Source of the DNA: an uncultured Bacteroidales bacterium
Lineage (GTDB): Bacteria; Bacteroidota; Bacteroidia; Bacteroidales; CAIXZF01
Assembly (NCBI GenBank): GCA_964605655.1
Contig: CAZSDK010000006.1
Span: forward strand, 7,341 to 71,340
Length of the DNA stretch: 64,000 nucleotides
Direction: 5' to 3'
Shown here in pieces: positions 17,571 through 26,894 of the stretch; positions within the stretch are counted from its first letter, which is position 1, and every line of letters begins with the position of its first letter. The notes beneath the pieces were generated by a model. It was given only the letters and a program-made list of their open reading frames with translations, made no database searches and was not told the origin of the DNA. A program made the position numbers and the translations under genes.

Positions 17571-18839
17571 ATGACAAATACATCGGTTATTATTATTTCC
17601 CTTCTCTTGGCGGCCTTGTTCTCCGGTCTGGAAATCGCCTTTATTTCTGCCAACAAGCTGAAAATTGAGGTCGACAAGAACAAGGGCCTTGCCTATGCAC
17701 GACTTTTGTCGGAACTGACCCGTTCTCCCTCCCGGTTCATCGGTTCTATGCTGGTCGCCAACAATATCGTGATTGTCATTTTCGGTATCCTGATGGAAGA
17801 TCTTCTGGAATCTTATTTTGAGAATATCTTGCCGGCTGTCATGCAGAATGCCTTCTGGATACTGGTGTTACAAACACTGATCTCCACACTCATCCTGCTG
17901 ATATTTGCAGAGTTTCTCCCCAAAGCCCTTTTCAGGATCAACCCGAACTCCGTGATGCGGTTTTTCACTTATCCCGCTTACCTGTTCTATCTCATCCTCT
18001 ACCCTGTCGTCTATCTTTTCACCTCTCTCGCCGAATGGGTGCTAAAAACCTTCTTCAGGGTGAATTTTGAGAAAGATCCCTATGAATTTACGATGGTCGA
18101 CCTCGACAACTACCTGAAAGAGTTCTCAAACCCCAGCCCTGTCCAGGATAAAGAAGTGGACTCCGAGATCCAGATATTCCAGAATGCCATGGACTTCAGG
18201 AAAGTCAAGGTAAGGGAATGCATGGTACCGAGGACGGAGATCCAGGCTTTGGAGGATTCGGCCAGCATACAGGAACTGATGGACCTATCTGTAAGCACTG
18301 GCCATTCCAAGATATTGATCTATAAAGATTCCATTGACAATATCACCGGATATACCCATTCGTTCGACCTGTTCAGGAGGCCGACAGAGCTGTCAGAGAT
18401 CATCAAACCCATCCTCATCGTTCCCGAGACCATGTATGCCAACCAGGCTTTGCAGCTCCTTCTTCACCAGAGAAAGAGCATTGCGGTGGTGGTCGACGAG
18501 TTTGGAGGCACTTCAGGCATCGTTGCCATGGAAGACATTATCGAGGAGATTTTCGGCGAAATTGATGATGAATTTGACGTGGATAAAATGACGGAAAAAC
18601 AGATCAGTAAGAATGAGTATGTCTTCTCAGGCAGGCTGGAAATCGATTACCTGAATGAGAAGTACAACCTGTCGATACCGGTATCCGATGATTATGAGAC
18701 CCTTGCAGGGTTCATCATCCATTATCATGAAAGCATTCCTGAGATCAACGACGAGATTGTCATCGATCCTTATGTCTTTACGATCACACAAGCTTCAGAA
18801 AAGAGGATAGAACAGGTCCGTCTGCGTATCAATCAATAG
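17571..18839 (+). CDS. CNNM/CorC-HlyC family membrane protein (DUF21 + CBS pair + CorC_HlyC), GldE-like
   Basis: Four N-terminal TM helices, a CBS pair region and a C-terminal transporter-associated domain (ETLAGFIIHYHESIPEINDEIVI). Confidence 0.85.
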   Translation: MTNTSVIIISLLLAALFSGLEIAFISANKLKIEVDKNKGLAYARLLSELTRSPSRFIGSMLVANNIVIVIFGILMEDLLESYFENILPAVMQNAFWILVLQTLISTLILLIFAEFLPKALFRINPNSVMRFFTYPAYLFYLILYPVVYLFTSLAEWVLKTFFRVNFEKDPYEFTMVDLDNYLKEFSNPSPVQDKEVDSEIQIFQNAMDFRKVKVRECMVPRTEIQALEDSASIQELMDLSVSTGHSKILIYKDSIDNITGYTHSFDLFRRPTELSEIIKPILIVPETMYANQALQLLLHQRKSIAVVVDEFGGTSGIVAMEDIIEEIFGEIDDEFDVDKMTEKQISKNEYVFSGRLEIDYLNEKYNLSIPVSDDYETLAGFIIHYHESIPEINDEIVIDPYVFTITQASEKRIEQVRLRINQ

Positions 18840-18843
18840 CGGG

Positions 18844-19284
18844 TCAACCGATCACGATCAGGGTATCTCCTTCCATCACATTATCGCCCTTGTTGAATTT
18901 GATCTCGGTCACCCTGCCCTCTTTGTCGGAGTTGATGTTGTTTTCCATTTTCATGGCTTCGAGGGTGATCAGGCGCTGGCCGATAGAGACTGAGTCACCC
19001 ACGTTCACATGGATAGCAAGGATAGTGCCTGGAAGCGGTGACTTAACAGTGCCACTGCCTTTGGGAGCAGAAGGGCTGAAGGTCTTGGCCTGCTGAGGCG
19101 TAGTATCGGTGGATGGGACGGCCACCGACCTCATCAGCTTGGGGGTTTTGGTCACCGGTAAGGATTTATCCACTTCCACAGTGAATTTGTTTCCGTTCAC
19201 CAGCACCTCGGCTGATTTTTCCTCCAGCTCGTCAATTTCAACCTCATAAGGGTTGCCATTGATCATGAACTTATATTTCTTCAT
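18844..19284 (-). CDS. mmdC: Biotin carboxyl carrier subunit (biotinyl domain) of a methylmalonyl-CoA decarboxylase/transcarboxylase-type enzyme
   Basis: Biotinylation motif LEAMKMEN. Pro/Ala-rich linker. 146 aa. Confidence 0.8.
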   Translation of the reverse strand: MKKYKFMINGNPYEVEIDELEEKSAEVLVNGNKFTVEVDKSLPVTKTPKLMRSVAVPSTDTTPQQAKTFSPSAPKGSGTVKSPLPGTILAIHVNVGDSVSIGQRLITLEAMKMENNINSDKEGRVTEIKFNKGDNVMEGDTLIVIG

Positions 19285-19335
19285 AGCAGTATGAGTTTAC
19301 CGGTAGTCAGAGACAGTATGTCAGGGACCGGTCTG

Positions 19336-20895
19336 TTATAAGGGGATATTGCAGTGTTTTTTGGGTGGGTTGAGGTCTTTTTTGGTGGAAAGGGACTGCA
19401 GCGCACGTATCACTCTGAAACGGGTGTTACGGGGTTCGATGATATCATCGATATAACCATAGCGGGCAGCATTGTATGGGTTCGCGAATTTCTCCTTGTA
19501 ATCTTCTTCGTGTTTTCTGATATACTCTTCTCTTTCTTCAGGATTTTCAATCTCTGCCAGTTTTTTCTGGAAGAGCACTTCAATGGCTCCTTTCGGACCC
19601 ATGACGGCGATTTCCGCGGAAGGCCATGCATAGTTGATGTCTCCCCTGAGATGTTTGGAACTCATCACGTCGTAAGCGCCTCCGTATGCTTTCCTGAGCA
19701 CGATGGTGACCTTGGGTACCGTGGCTTCACCATAGGCAAACAAGAGCTTGGCCCCGTGAAGGATGATGCCGCCATATTCCTGGGCCGTACCGGGCAGGAA
19801 TCCGGGCACGTCCACCAGTGTCACCAGGGGTATATTAAAGGCATCACAGAACCTGACGAAGCGCGCTGCTTTCCTGGAGGCATTGATATCGAGCACTCCG
19901 GCCAGGTAATTGGGCTGATTGGCGACGATACCCACCGAAATGCCGTTAAAACGGCCAAAGCCGGTCACGATGTTAGGAGCATAATGCCGCATGACCTCCA
20001 TGAATTCACTATAATCTATAACAGAATGAATCACATCCTTCACATCATAAGGCTTGTTGGGATTATCAGGAATGATGGAGTTGAGCACATCATCCAGACG
20101 GTCAATGGGATCGGTACAGGGTGCCAGTGGCGGGTCCTCCAGGTTGTTCTGGGGTATAAAGCTCAATAATTTTCTGATCAACAGTAATCCTTCCTGCTCG
20201 TCTTCAGCGATAAAATGAGTCACCCCTGATTTGGTGCCGTGTACGGTGGCACCACCCAGTTCATCTTCTGTGACCACTTCTCCCGTCACGGTCTTTACCA
20301 CCTTCGGACCGGTCACGAACATATAACTGTTCTTCTTGGTCATGATGGTGAAATCAGTAAGTGCGGGAGAATATACGGCGCCACCGGCACAGGGGCCGAA
20401 GATGGCTGATATCTGAGGCACCACACCTGAAGCAAGGATATTGCGCTGGAAAATCTCCGCGTAGCCGCCCAGGCTTTTTACTCCTTCCTGAATACGCGCT
20501 CCCCCGCTGTCGTTGATGCCGATGACCGGTGCACCCACCTTCATGGCCTTGTCGAGTACCTTGCAGATCTTCATGGCATAGGCTTCCGACAAAGACCCTC
20601 CGAAAACGGTGAAATCCTGGGAGAAGATATATACCAGCCTTCCGTCAATGGTACCGTAGCCAGTCACCACACCGTCGCCCATATATTTTTCCTTCTCCAG
20701 ACCAAAGTCATGACAGTTATGAGTTACGAACATATCAAACTCCTCAAAGCTGCCTTCATCAAGCAGGAGGTCGATGCGTTCCCGGGCTGTCAGTTTACCC
20801 TTCTTGTGCTGAGACTCTATTCGTTTTTGTCCACCGCCCAACTTCGCCTGGGAACGGTTCTCCATCAATTCTTTGATTTTATCTTCAAATGCCAT
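19336..20895 (-). CDS. mmdA: Acyl-CoA carboxyltransferase subunit (methylmalonyl-CoA decarboxylase alpha / PccB family)
   Basis: Family-typical [10 protein letters not shown]...[35 protein letters not shown]. Start moved to the ATG at 20895, which avoids overlap with mce. Confidence 0.85.
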   Translation of the reverse strand: MAFEDKIKELMENRSQAKLGGGQKRIESQHKKGKLTARERIDLLLDEGSFEEFDMFVTHNCHDFGLEKEKYMGDGVVTGYGTIDGRLVYIFSQDFTVFGGSLSEAYAMKICKVLDKAMKVGAPVIGINDSGGARIQEGVKSLGGYAEIFQRNILASGVVPQISAIFGPCAGGAVYSPALTDFTIMTKKNSYMFVTGPKVVKTVTGEVVTEDELGGATVHGTKSGVTHFIAEDEQEGLLLIRKLLSFIPQNNLEDPPLAPCTDPIDRLDDVLNSIIPDNPNKPYDVKDVIHSVIDYSEFMEVMRHYAPNIVTGFGRFNGISVGIVANQPNYLAGVLDINASRKAARFVRFCDAFNIPLVTLVDVPGFLPGTAQEYGGIILHGAKLLFAYGEATVPKVTIVLRKAYGGAYDVMSSKHLRGDINYAWPSAEIAVMGPKGAIEVLFQKKLAEIENPEEREEYIRKHEEDYKEKFANPYNAARYGYIDDIIEPRNTRFRVIRALQSLSTKKDLNPPKKHCNIPL

Positions 20896-20905
20896 AGGAC
20901 TTGAT

Positions 20906-21325
20906 TTATTCGGATGACTGGTTTTTATCTTCACAAAATTCGGTCAGAATCCCCAGGGTCGACTTGGGGTGAAGGAAGGCGATATGGAGCCCTTCTGCTC
21001 CCTTCCTTGGTTGTTTATCAATAAGTTGCACTCCTTTCGATTCCGTTTCAGCAAGGATCTTCTCGAGATCTTTTACTGCAAAAGCCAGGTGATGGATCCC
21101 TTCCCCTTTCTTTTCGAGGAACTTACCTATAGGCCCTTCAGGATCTGTGGATTCAAGCAGTTCAATTTTAGTCTGACCAACCCTGAAAAAGGCGGTTTTC
21201 ACTTTCTGGTCTTTCACCTCTTCCACTGCATAACAGGTGAGTCCCAGTACTTTTTCGTAGTAGGGAATGCTCTCTTCGAGGCTCTTCACAGCAATCCCAA
21301 TGTGTTCAATATGAGAGATGTTCAT
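20906..21325 (-). CDS. mce: Methylmalonyl-CoA epimerase (VOC/glyoxalase fold)
   Basis: [29 protein letters not shown], ~139 aa, immediately upstream of the carboxyltransferase gene. Confidence 0.85.
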   Translation of the reverse strand: MNISHIEHIGIAVKSLEESIPYYEKVLGLTCYAVEEVKDQKVKTAFFRVGQTKIELLESTDPEGPIGKFLEKKGEGIHHLAFAVKDLEKILAETESKGVQLIDKQPRKGAEGLHIAFLHPKSTLGILTEFCEDKNQSSE

Positions 21326-21339
21326 GAGTAAATTTTTCC

Positions 21340-21347
21340 CAAAGGTA
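21340..21347 (-). promoter_or_regulatory. Candidate -7 box (TACCTTTG on the minus strand) for the mce-mmdA-mmdC operon
   Basis: Exact TAnnTTTG, 14 nt upstream of the ATG at 21325. Confidence 0.5.
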
Positions 21348-21378
21348 AGATTTTTTCAATTACCCCCAGGCAAGGCCA

Positions 21379-23358
21379 TCATTGGATACCGATCTTTGCC
21401 AGTAAATCCGGAGGGACCTGGGAGCCCAGCTCCATGGCTTTTCGTGCGTCCTCCCTGGCTTTCCCGATCTCACCAAGAACCTGGTAAGAGATAGCCCGGT
21501 TGGCATAGTGGATACCGGCTTTGGGGTTCCTGTTGATCCCTTCGGTAAACCAAGGTATGCTTTCCCGGTAGTCTTTCATGATCTGGTAGTTCACACCGAT
21601 ACTGGTGTAAACACGGTCATCCTCAGGTTTCATACTGAGGTACTTCAAGTAATCAGCTATGGCCTTCCGGTTTTCCCTCATGGCTTCATGGATCAGACCC
21701 CGGTTCAGGTAAGCATTGGGAAAGGTCGAATCGATGCGGATGGACTGGTCCAGGTAATACAGGGCACTGTCGTTGTTCTTTCGGATGCCATAGATGGCTC
21801 CCAGGTTGGCGTAAAGCTTGTTGAGGTCATTTCCCAGCCCTTTCCGTCTCATCGCCTTCTGATAGTCGTTGTAAGCTGTATCATACTTCCCCTTATCGAA
21901 ATACAAATTACCCCTGTTCATGATGGAAACCGCGTTTTTCGGGTCCAACCTGATGGCGACATCATAGTCTGTAATGGCTTTTTCCCATTCGCCTGCCTTC
22001 CTGTAAAAAGAAGCCCTGTTGGCATAGGCAGTGGGTATTTTGCCCGGAAATTTCCCGATGACATCGCTCCAGAGCGTTTCACTGCTTTTCCAGTCCTGGC
22101 AACGACTGTGGGTCATGCTGAACAAGATCGCCGGGATGACCACCATGAGAGCGAAGATGGCTGCTTTCCCTGAAAACGGTCTATCCACCAGTTTTTGAGC
22201 CCCCCAGGCCAGCAGGAAAAACAAGCCGATATAAGGAATATAGGTGAAACGGTCGGCCATATACGCCTGACCTGCACCCAGTATCTGCAACAGGAACATG
22301 ATATTGAAAAGAAAAAATAAACTGCCGAAAATAACCGTCCTCGTCTTTTTTCGGGTGAGAAACACCAGCACCGCCAATGCCACCAACACCACCGGGCTCA
22401 GGTAATAGATCAGCGGCAGTTTCTCACCGGGTGACATGGGATAGGGATAAAAGACACTCAGTGGATATGGAAAAATAAACTTTTGAAGGTAAATGGTGAG
22501 CGAATGAAGCCCGAAGAAAATCCTGTCGATGAGTCCATAGGTTACGTTGATCTCCAGCGAGCCTGTCTTTTCAAGGAAGAAGATCCCGAAGATCCCGAAA
22601 ACCAGGGACAAGATAAAATGAGGGACTTTCTCCAGCAATAGTCTCAGCTTCAATTCCCTCCCCTCCAGGTAATCCAGAAGGAGCAGGCTCAGGGGAAGCG
22701 TCACCGCCTGGATTTTCGAGAACAGAGACAGGATAAAAAACACAAGGGTCAGAAGGGCATATCGGAATTTTCCTTTTTCTTTCCTTATGTATGATTCATA
22801 AGATAGGAGGGCTGAGAGATAAAAAATACTGAATAACAAGTCTTTACGCTCAGTGATCCAAGCCACAGATTCCACACGCATGGGATGGATCCCGAATAAA
22901 AGTGCCGCAAAGGCAGCATATAAAGTTTTGAGTTTTAACTTCCTGAAGATGAGATAAACCAGCAGGGTACAGATCAGGTGAAGGATGAGGTTCTCGATAT
23001 GATAGGGTTTCGGGTTCAGCTTAAATAACTGATAATCAATGGCAAATGATATCAATGGAATGGGCACATAGGTTCCATTAACAGATGTGGTAAACATGAT
23101 CTTGAGGTTTTGAGCATTAAGATCACGAATGGTCATGTTGTCGGTGACGTAGACCCCGTCGTCCCAGGTATCGATCATTTCGTTGTTGACTGACGGGACA
23201 AAAGCGAGGAGGGTCACCAGCAACACCAGGAAAAGGAGAAGGTAATCCCATTGGGTCCGCTTCTCCTTGAGAGGCCGATGTTGCCTGGCCCCGGTCCCCG
23301 GCCTTAATTGAGGCTGTACTTGCTTCTTCTTGTTCTGATGGGGTTTGGGATATGCCAT
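21379..23358 (-). CDS. Polytopic membrane protein with C-terminal TPR repeats (GT-C / TMTC-like putative glycosyltransferase)
   Basis: About 10 TM helices. WDD in the first extracytoplasmic loop (IDTWDDGVYVTDN). The C-terminal ~230 aa are TPR-like (AYANRASFYRKAGEWEKAITDYDVAIRLDPKNA etc.). Confidence 0.7.
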   Translation of the reverse strand: MAYPKPHQNKKKQVQPQLRPGTGARQHRPLKEKRTQWDYLLLFLVLLVTLLAFVPSVNNEMIDTWDDGVYVTDNMTIRDLNAQNLKIMFTTSVNGTYVPIPLISFAIDYQLFKLNPKPYHIENLILHLICTLLVYLIFRKLKLKTLYAAFAALLFGIHPMRVESVAWITERKDLLFSIFYLSALLSYESYIRKEKGKFRYALLTLVFFILSLFSKIQAVTLPLSLLLLDYLEGRELKLRLLLEKVPHFILSLVFGIFGIFFLEKTGSLEINVTYGLIDRIFFGLHSLTIYLQKFIFPYPLSVFYPYPMSPGEKLPLIYYLSPVVLVALAVLVFLTRKKTRTVIFGSLFFLFNIMFLLQILGAGQAYMADRFTYIPYIGLFFLLAWGAQKLVDRPFSGKAAIFALMVVIPAILFSMTHSRCQDWKSSETLWSDVIGKFPGKIPTAYANRASFYRKAGEWEKAITDYDVAIRLDPKNAVSIMNRGNLYFDKGKYDTAYNDYQKAMRRKGLGNDLNKLYANLGAIYGIRKNNDSALYYLDQSIRIDSTFPNAYLNRGLIHEAMRENRKAIADYLKYLSMKPEDDRVYTSIGVNYQIMKDYRESIPWFTEGINRNPKAGIHYANRAISYQVLGEIGKAREDARKAMELGSQVPPDLLAKIGIQ

Positions 23359-23394
23359 ATTGAAATGATTATTTAAACAGATCTATGGATGTTG

Positions 23395-24390
23395 TTAATA
23401 AGGGATCAGGAGATTGCAGCCCCTGACATCACTGTTGTCGAACCGTCCGAGCACCTCAAAGGTAGCATCGTCCCGGATTTTACCAAGATCCTGGGTGGCG
23501 ATGAAGGCGCAGGAATGGACATTAGCCAGGTCGATCACATTGATACCCCCGGTTTTCCCGGGTGCTGCCAGAGTGAGCGGATCATCGCTTTCCCTGATCA
23601 TCACCTTCATCCAGGGAGGTGTCCTGAACCGTCCGTCACGGTTGGAATATGCCTGAGACAACAATTCAGTCATACCGTACTCAGAATGAATATTTTGCAC
23701 ACCAAAACCCTTTTTCAGGTATCCATGAAGCTCTTCCCTGGTGATTTCCATTCGTCTGCCTTTCATACCGCCGGTTTCCATCACGATAATACCAGGAAAA
23801 GGAAAGGCGTACTGATCACAAAAGTCCATCAGGGCATAACTCACACCCCATAAAATGGTTTTCTCTCCCGAAGCCGCTGCAGCCTGCAGGCGATGATGCA
23901 TCTCTGCTGGATCGTTTAACAGGAATCCGCTTCCCGGGTTTCCTGAGAGGCGTATCAGCTCTCTGACCATGTAAACCAGGGAGGAATTTTCCTGTTCCAG
24001 GTAAGAGGGTAGCAAAGCAAGGATAATAAAGGAAGCAGGATCGCCGTAAAAAAGCCTGAATGCGGTGGTAAAACTACGCTCATACAGAGAAGAGTCGGCC
24101 ACCCGGTGGACACTGGTGTTGTTTCCGGTGGTGCCGCTACTGGTAAATCGCAGCACGGTCTTTTCTTCACCGGTGATGATGGATTGCGTCTTAAAAAATT
24201 CGATTGGCAAAAAGGGGATGGAGGAATAATGATGAACTTCTGAAGGCTTGACACCCAGGGAATGTGAAAACATCCGGTAAACCTCGTTATGACCATACTG
24301 GTGATGAAATAATTCCAGCGCCAGTTCGTTGAAATCCTGTTCGGATCGAATGGTGAAAATACGGTCAATGAAAGTTCCGGGCTGTACCAT
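23395..24390 (-). CDS. LuxE/PaaK-like acyl-adenylate-forming enzyme (acyl-protein synthetase family)
   Basis: Family-like sequence FTSSGTTGN (AMP-binding P-loop-like) and METGGMKGRR. ~331 aa, as in Bacteroidota LuxE-family proteins. Confidence 0.65.
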   Translation of the reverse strand: MVQPGTFIDRIFTIRSEQDFNELALELFHHQYGHNEVYRMFSHSLGVKPSEVHHYSSIPFLPIEFFKTQSIITGEEKTVLRFTSSGTTGNNTSVHRVADSSLYERSFTTAFRLFYGDPASFIILALLPSYLEQENSSLVYMVRELIRLSGNPGSGFLLNDPAEMHHRLQAAAASGEKTILWGVSYALMDFCDQYAFPFPGIIVMETGGMKGRRMEITREELHGYLKKGFGVQNIHSEYGMTELLSQAYSNRDGRFRTPPWMKVMIRESDDPLTLAAPGKTGGINVIDLANVHSCAFIATQDLGKIRDDATFEVLGRFDNSDVRGCNLLIPY

Positions 24391-24395
24391 TTTTG

Positions 24396-24403
24396 TATCT
24401 TTG
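24396..24403 (+). promoter_or_regulatory. Candidate -7 box (TATCTTTG) only 4 nt before the ATG at 24408
   Basis: Exact TAnnTTTG inside the 17-nt gap between two divergent start codons. Confidence 0.4.
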
Positions 24404-24407
24404 TCAC

Positions 24408-24959
24408 ATGATACCTCTATCGTTCAGGAAGTTATCGGGAATTGTTCCCGGCCAGGGCCGGTGCTTTGCAGCGGTGTTGTTGCTGCTTCCGCTGTTCCTG
24501 TTCACTTCCTGCCTGAAAAAGGAGAATTTCCCTGATACTCCCATCATCGAGTATGTCAGTTTCACAAAGATACAAAATGGCAGTGGAGTGGATAACAAAG
24601 CCACCCTGACCCTCAAATTCAGTGATGGCAACGGGGATATCGGCCTGGCTGCCGCCGACACATTCTCACCTTTCAACGTAGGCAGTCCATGGTATTACAA
24701 CTTTTTTATCACCTATTACGAGATGCAGAAAGGCGTGCTCACCAAAGTGGACCTTCCTTTCACCAACAACTCCCGTATCCCACCTTTGTCCGACTTCACC
24801 AGGGAGATCTCCATCAAGGGGACCATAGAGATGGAGCTGTTTATCAACAACATCTCATCCAGTTACGACACTATTGCCTTCGAGGCATCCATCGCCGACA
24901 GGGCCCTGAACATGAGCAACACCATCCGCACTCCCCTCATCGTGGTGAAAAAACTCTGA
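24408..24959 (+). CDS. Hypothetical lipoprotein
   Basis: Lipobox-like LFLFTSC after a hydrophobic signal. No recognisable domain. Start moved from the TTG at 24393 to the ATG at 24408. Confidence 0.6.
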   Translation: MIPLSFRKLSGIVPGQGRCFAAVLLLLPLFLFTSCLKKENFPDTPIIEYVSFTKIQNGSGVDNKATLTLKFSDGNGDIGLAAADTFSPFNVGSPWYYNFFITYYEMQKGVLTKVDLPFTNNSRIPPLSDFTREISIKGTIEMELFINNISSSYDTIAFEASIADRALNMSNTIRTPLIVVKKL

Positions 24960-25075
24960 CCGTCTTTCATGTTATTATTTAAGTTCATAAGATTCTCTTT
25001 TTTATCCTCACCAGGGATGAAGTTTTGTGAGTAATTTTACGGCTGGATCTTCCGGAGTTTCCTTTTATTTTTCTC

Positions 25076-26893
25076 ATGCAGAAAGCGCTGACCAAGAGAA
25101 AATACGTGATCACGACGATCTTTCTCCTGACCGGGGTATTGTTTGTACTCAGGCTATTCTGGCTACAAATCATCGACCGGAGCTACTACCTTTCCGCCAA
25201 CAACAATGTATTAAGGCACATTACCCAGTATCCGGCCCGGGGGCTTATTTACGACCGCAATGGTAAGTTATTGGTTTACAATGAGGCCACTTATGATCTG
25301 ATGGTCATCCCCAGGCAGGTCAAGAACCTTGATACGGCAGAGTTGTGCCAGCTCATCGGTATCGATGCTACCACTTTCAGGGAACGATTTAAGAAGATCA
25401 AGGAGTACTCTATGTACCGTCCTTCCGTGTTTGAAAAACAGATCTCCAAAGAAGCTTACGGTTACCTTGAAGAAAAATTATACAAATTCCAGGGTTTTTA
25501 TGTGCAACCCAGGACACTGAGGAAGTACGTCAAGCCCATTGCAGCTCATACCATGGGTTATGTGGGTGAGGTCAGTCCTTATATTTGTGAGACCAATCCT
25601 TATTATAAATCAGGTGATTACATAGGCATCAGCGGCATTGAGAAGTCTTACGAGGAGAATCTCAGGGGATTGAAAGGTGCCAAGATCATTATGGTTGATG
25701 TTTTTAACCGTGATAAAGGGAGTTTCCAGGAAGGAAGGTATGATACCGTGGCTGTGACAGGAAAGAACCTGTATTCGACTCTTGACATTGATCTTCAGGA
25801 ATATGGTGAGAAATTGATGACAAATAAACGGGGAAGCATTGTAGCCATTGAACCCGCCAGTGGCGAAATACTGTGCCTGGTGACCAGTCCGACCTATGAC
25901 CCCAACCTGCTTGTGGGCAGGATGAGGAGCCATAATTACACCCTTCTCGCCAAAGACAGCCTGAAACCTCTTTTTAACAGGGCGTTGCAGGCACAATATC
26001 CGCCCGGGTCCACTTTCAAGCTCGTTCATGCCCTGATCGGGCTGGAAGAAGGGGTCCTTGATCTGGGCACCCGTTACGGATGTGCCCAGGGTTACAACCA
26101 GGGATCGGTCCATGTGGGCTGTCACAACCATTCCTCACCGCTCGACCTGATCCAATCCATCGCCCAGTCATGCAACTCCTATTACTGTAATGTTTTCAGG
26201 ACCATACTGAGCAACGACCGGTTTTCCAGTCAGGCTGAGGGCTACCAGACATGGAGAAAATATGTCAATTCCATGGGTTTCGGTGAGAAGTTTAAGACCG
26301 ATATTCCCAACACTCTCAGCGGATTTATCCCTAAAAATGAATACTTCGACAATTATTACGGAAAGAACCGCTGGAAATTTCTGACCATCATCTCACTTTC
26401 AATCGGACAGGGGGAAATTCTGACCACGCCATTACAGCTGGCCAACCTGGCAGCCACCATCGGGAACAGGGGTTCATACATCACTCCCCATATTGTGAGA
26501 GCTATCGGAACGAACACCAGCAAAGAACATATCATTCATGACCGGCATGTTGTGCCTGTAGCCCGGAAAAATTACGAAATCGTGGTGGAGGGCATGTACC
26601 AGGTGGTGGAGCACGGGACGGCCCGGGCTTACAAGCTCGACTCCATTCCCAGCTGCGGCAAGACCGGAACAGCACAGAACCCCCAGGGAAGGGACCACTC
26701 CATATTCATTGCCTTTGCACCAAAAGACAATCCCAAGATCGCCATTTCAGTGATCGTTGAGAATGCAGGGTTCGGCGCCACCTGGGCAGCGCCCATAGCC
26801 TTCCTGATGATTGAGCAGTACCTGAACCACAAGATAACCTCCAAAGACGTGGAAGAAAGGATGATAGGAGGAAACCTGGTTAAAGAAAATTAA
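25076..26893 (+). CDS. mrdA: Penicillin-binding protein 2 (elongasome transpeptidase)
   Basis: N-terminal TM anchor. RG.I.DRNG-type motif (ARGLIYDRNGKLL). Active-site STFK in PPGSTFKLV. KTGTA motif. Confidence 0.9.
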   Translation: MQKALTKRKYVITTIFLLTGVLFVLRLFWLQIIDRSYYLSANNNVLRHITQYPARGLIYDRNGKLLVYNEATYDLMVIPRQVKNLDTAELCQLIGIDATTFRERFKKIKEYSMYRPSVFEKQISKEAYGYLEEKLYKFQGFYVQPRTLRKYVKPIAAHTMGYVGEVSPYICETNPYYKSGDYIGISGIEKSYEENLRGLKGAKIIMVDVFNRDKGSFQEGRYDTVAVTGKNLYSTLDIDLQEYGEKLMTNKRGSIVAIEPASGEILCLVTSPTYDPNLLVGRMRSHNYTLLAKDSLKPLFNRALQAQYPPGSTFKLVHALIGLEEGVLDLGTRYGCAQGYNQGSVHVGCHNHSSPLDLIQSIAQSCNSYYCNVFRTILSNDRFSSQAEGYQTWRKYVNSMGFGEKFKTDIPNTLSGFIPKNEYFDNYYGKNRWKFLTIISLSIGQGEILTTPLQLANLAATIGNRGSYITPHIVRAIGTNTSKEHIIHDRHVVPVARKNYEIVVEGMYQVVEHGTARAYKLDSIPSCGKTGTAQNPQGRDHSIFIAFAPKDNPKIAISVIVENAGFGATWAAPIAFLMIEQYLNHKITSKDVEERMIGGNLVKEN

Positions 26894-26894
26894 T

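Noticed and set aside
18839-18844. Convergent stop codons only 4 nt apart (GldE-like gene and mmdC), as a possible overlapping-terminator oddity
   Set aside because: Tight convergent packing is common in compact bacterial genomes, and no specific structure is visible in the sequence.
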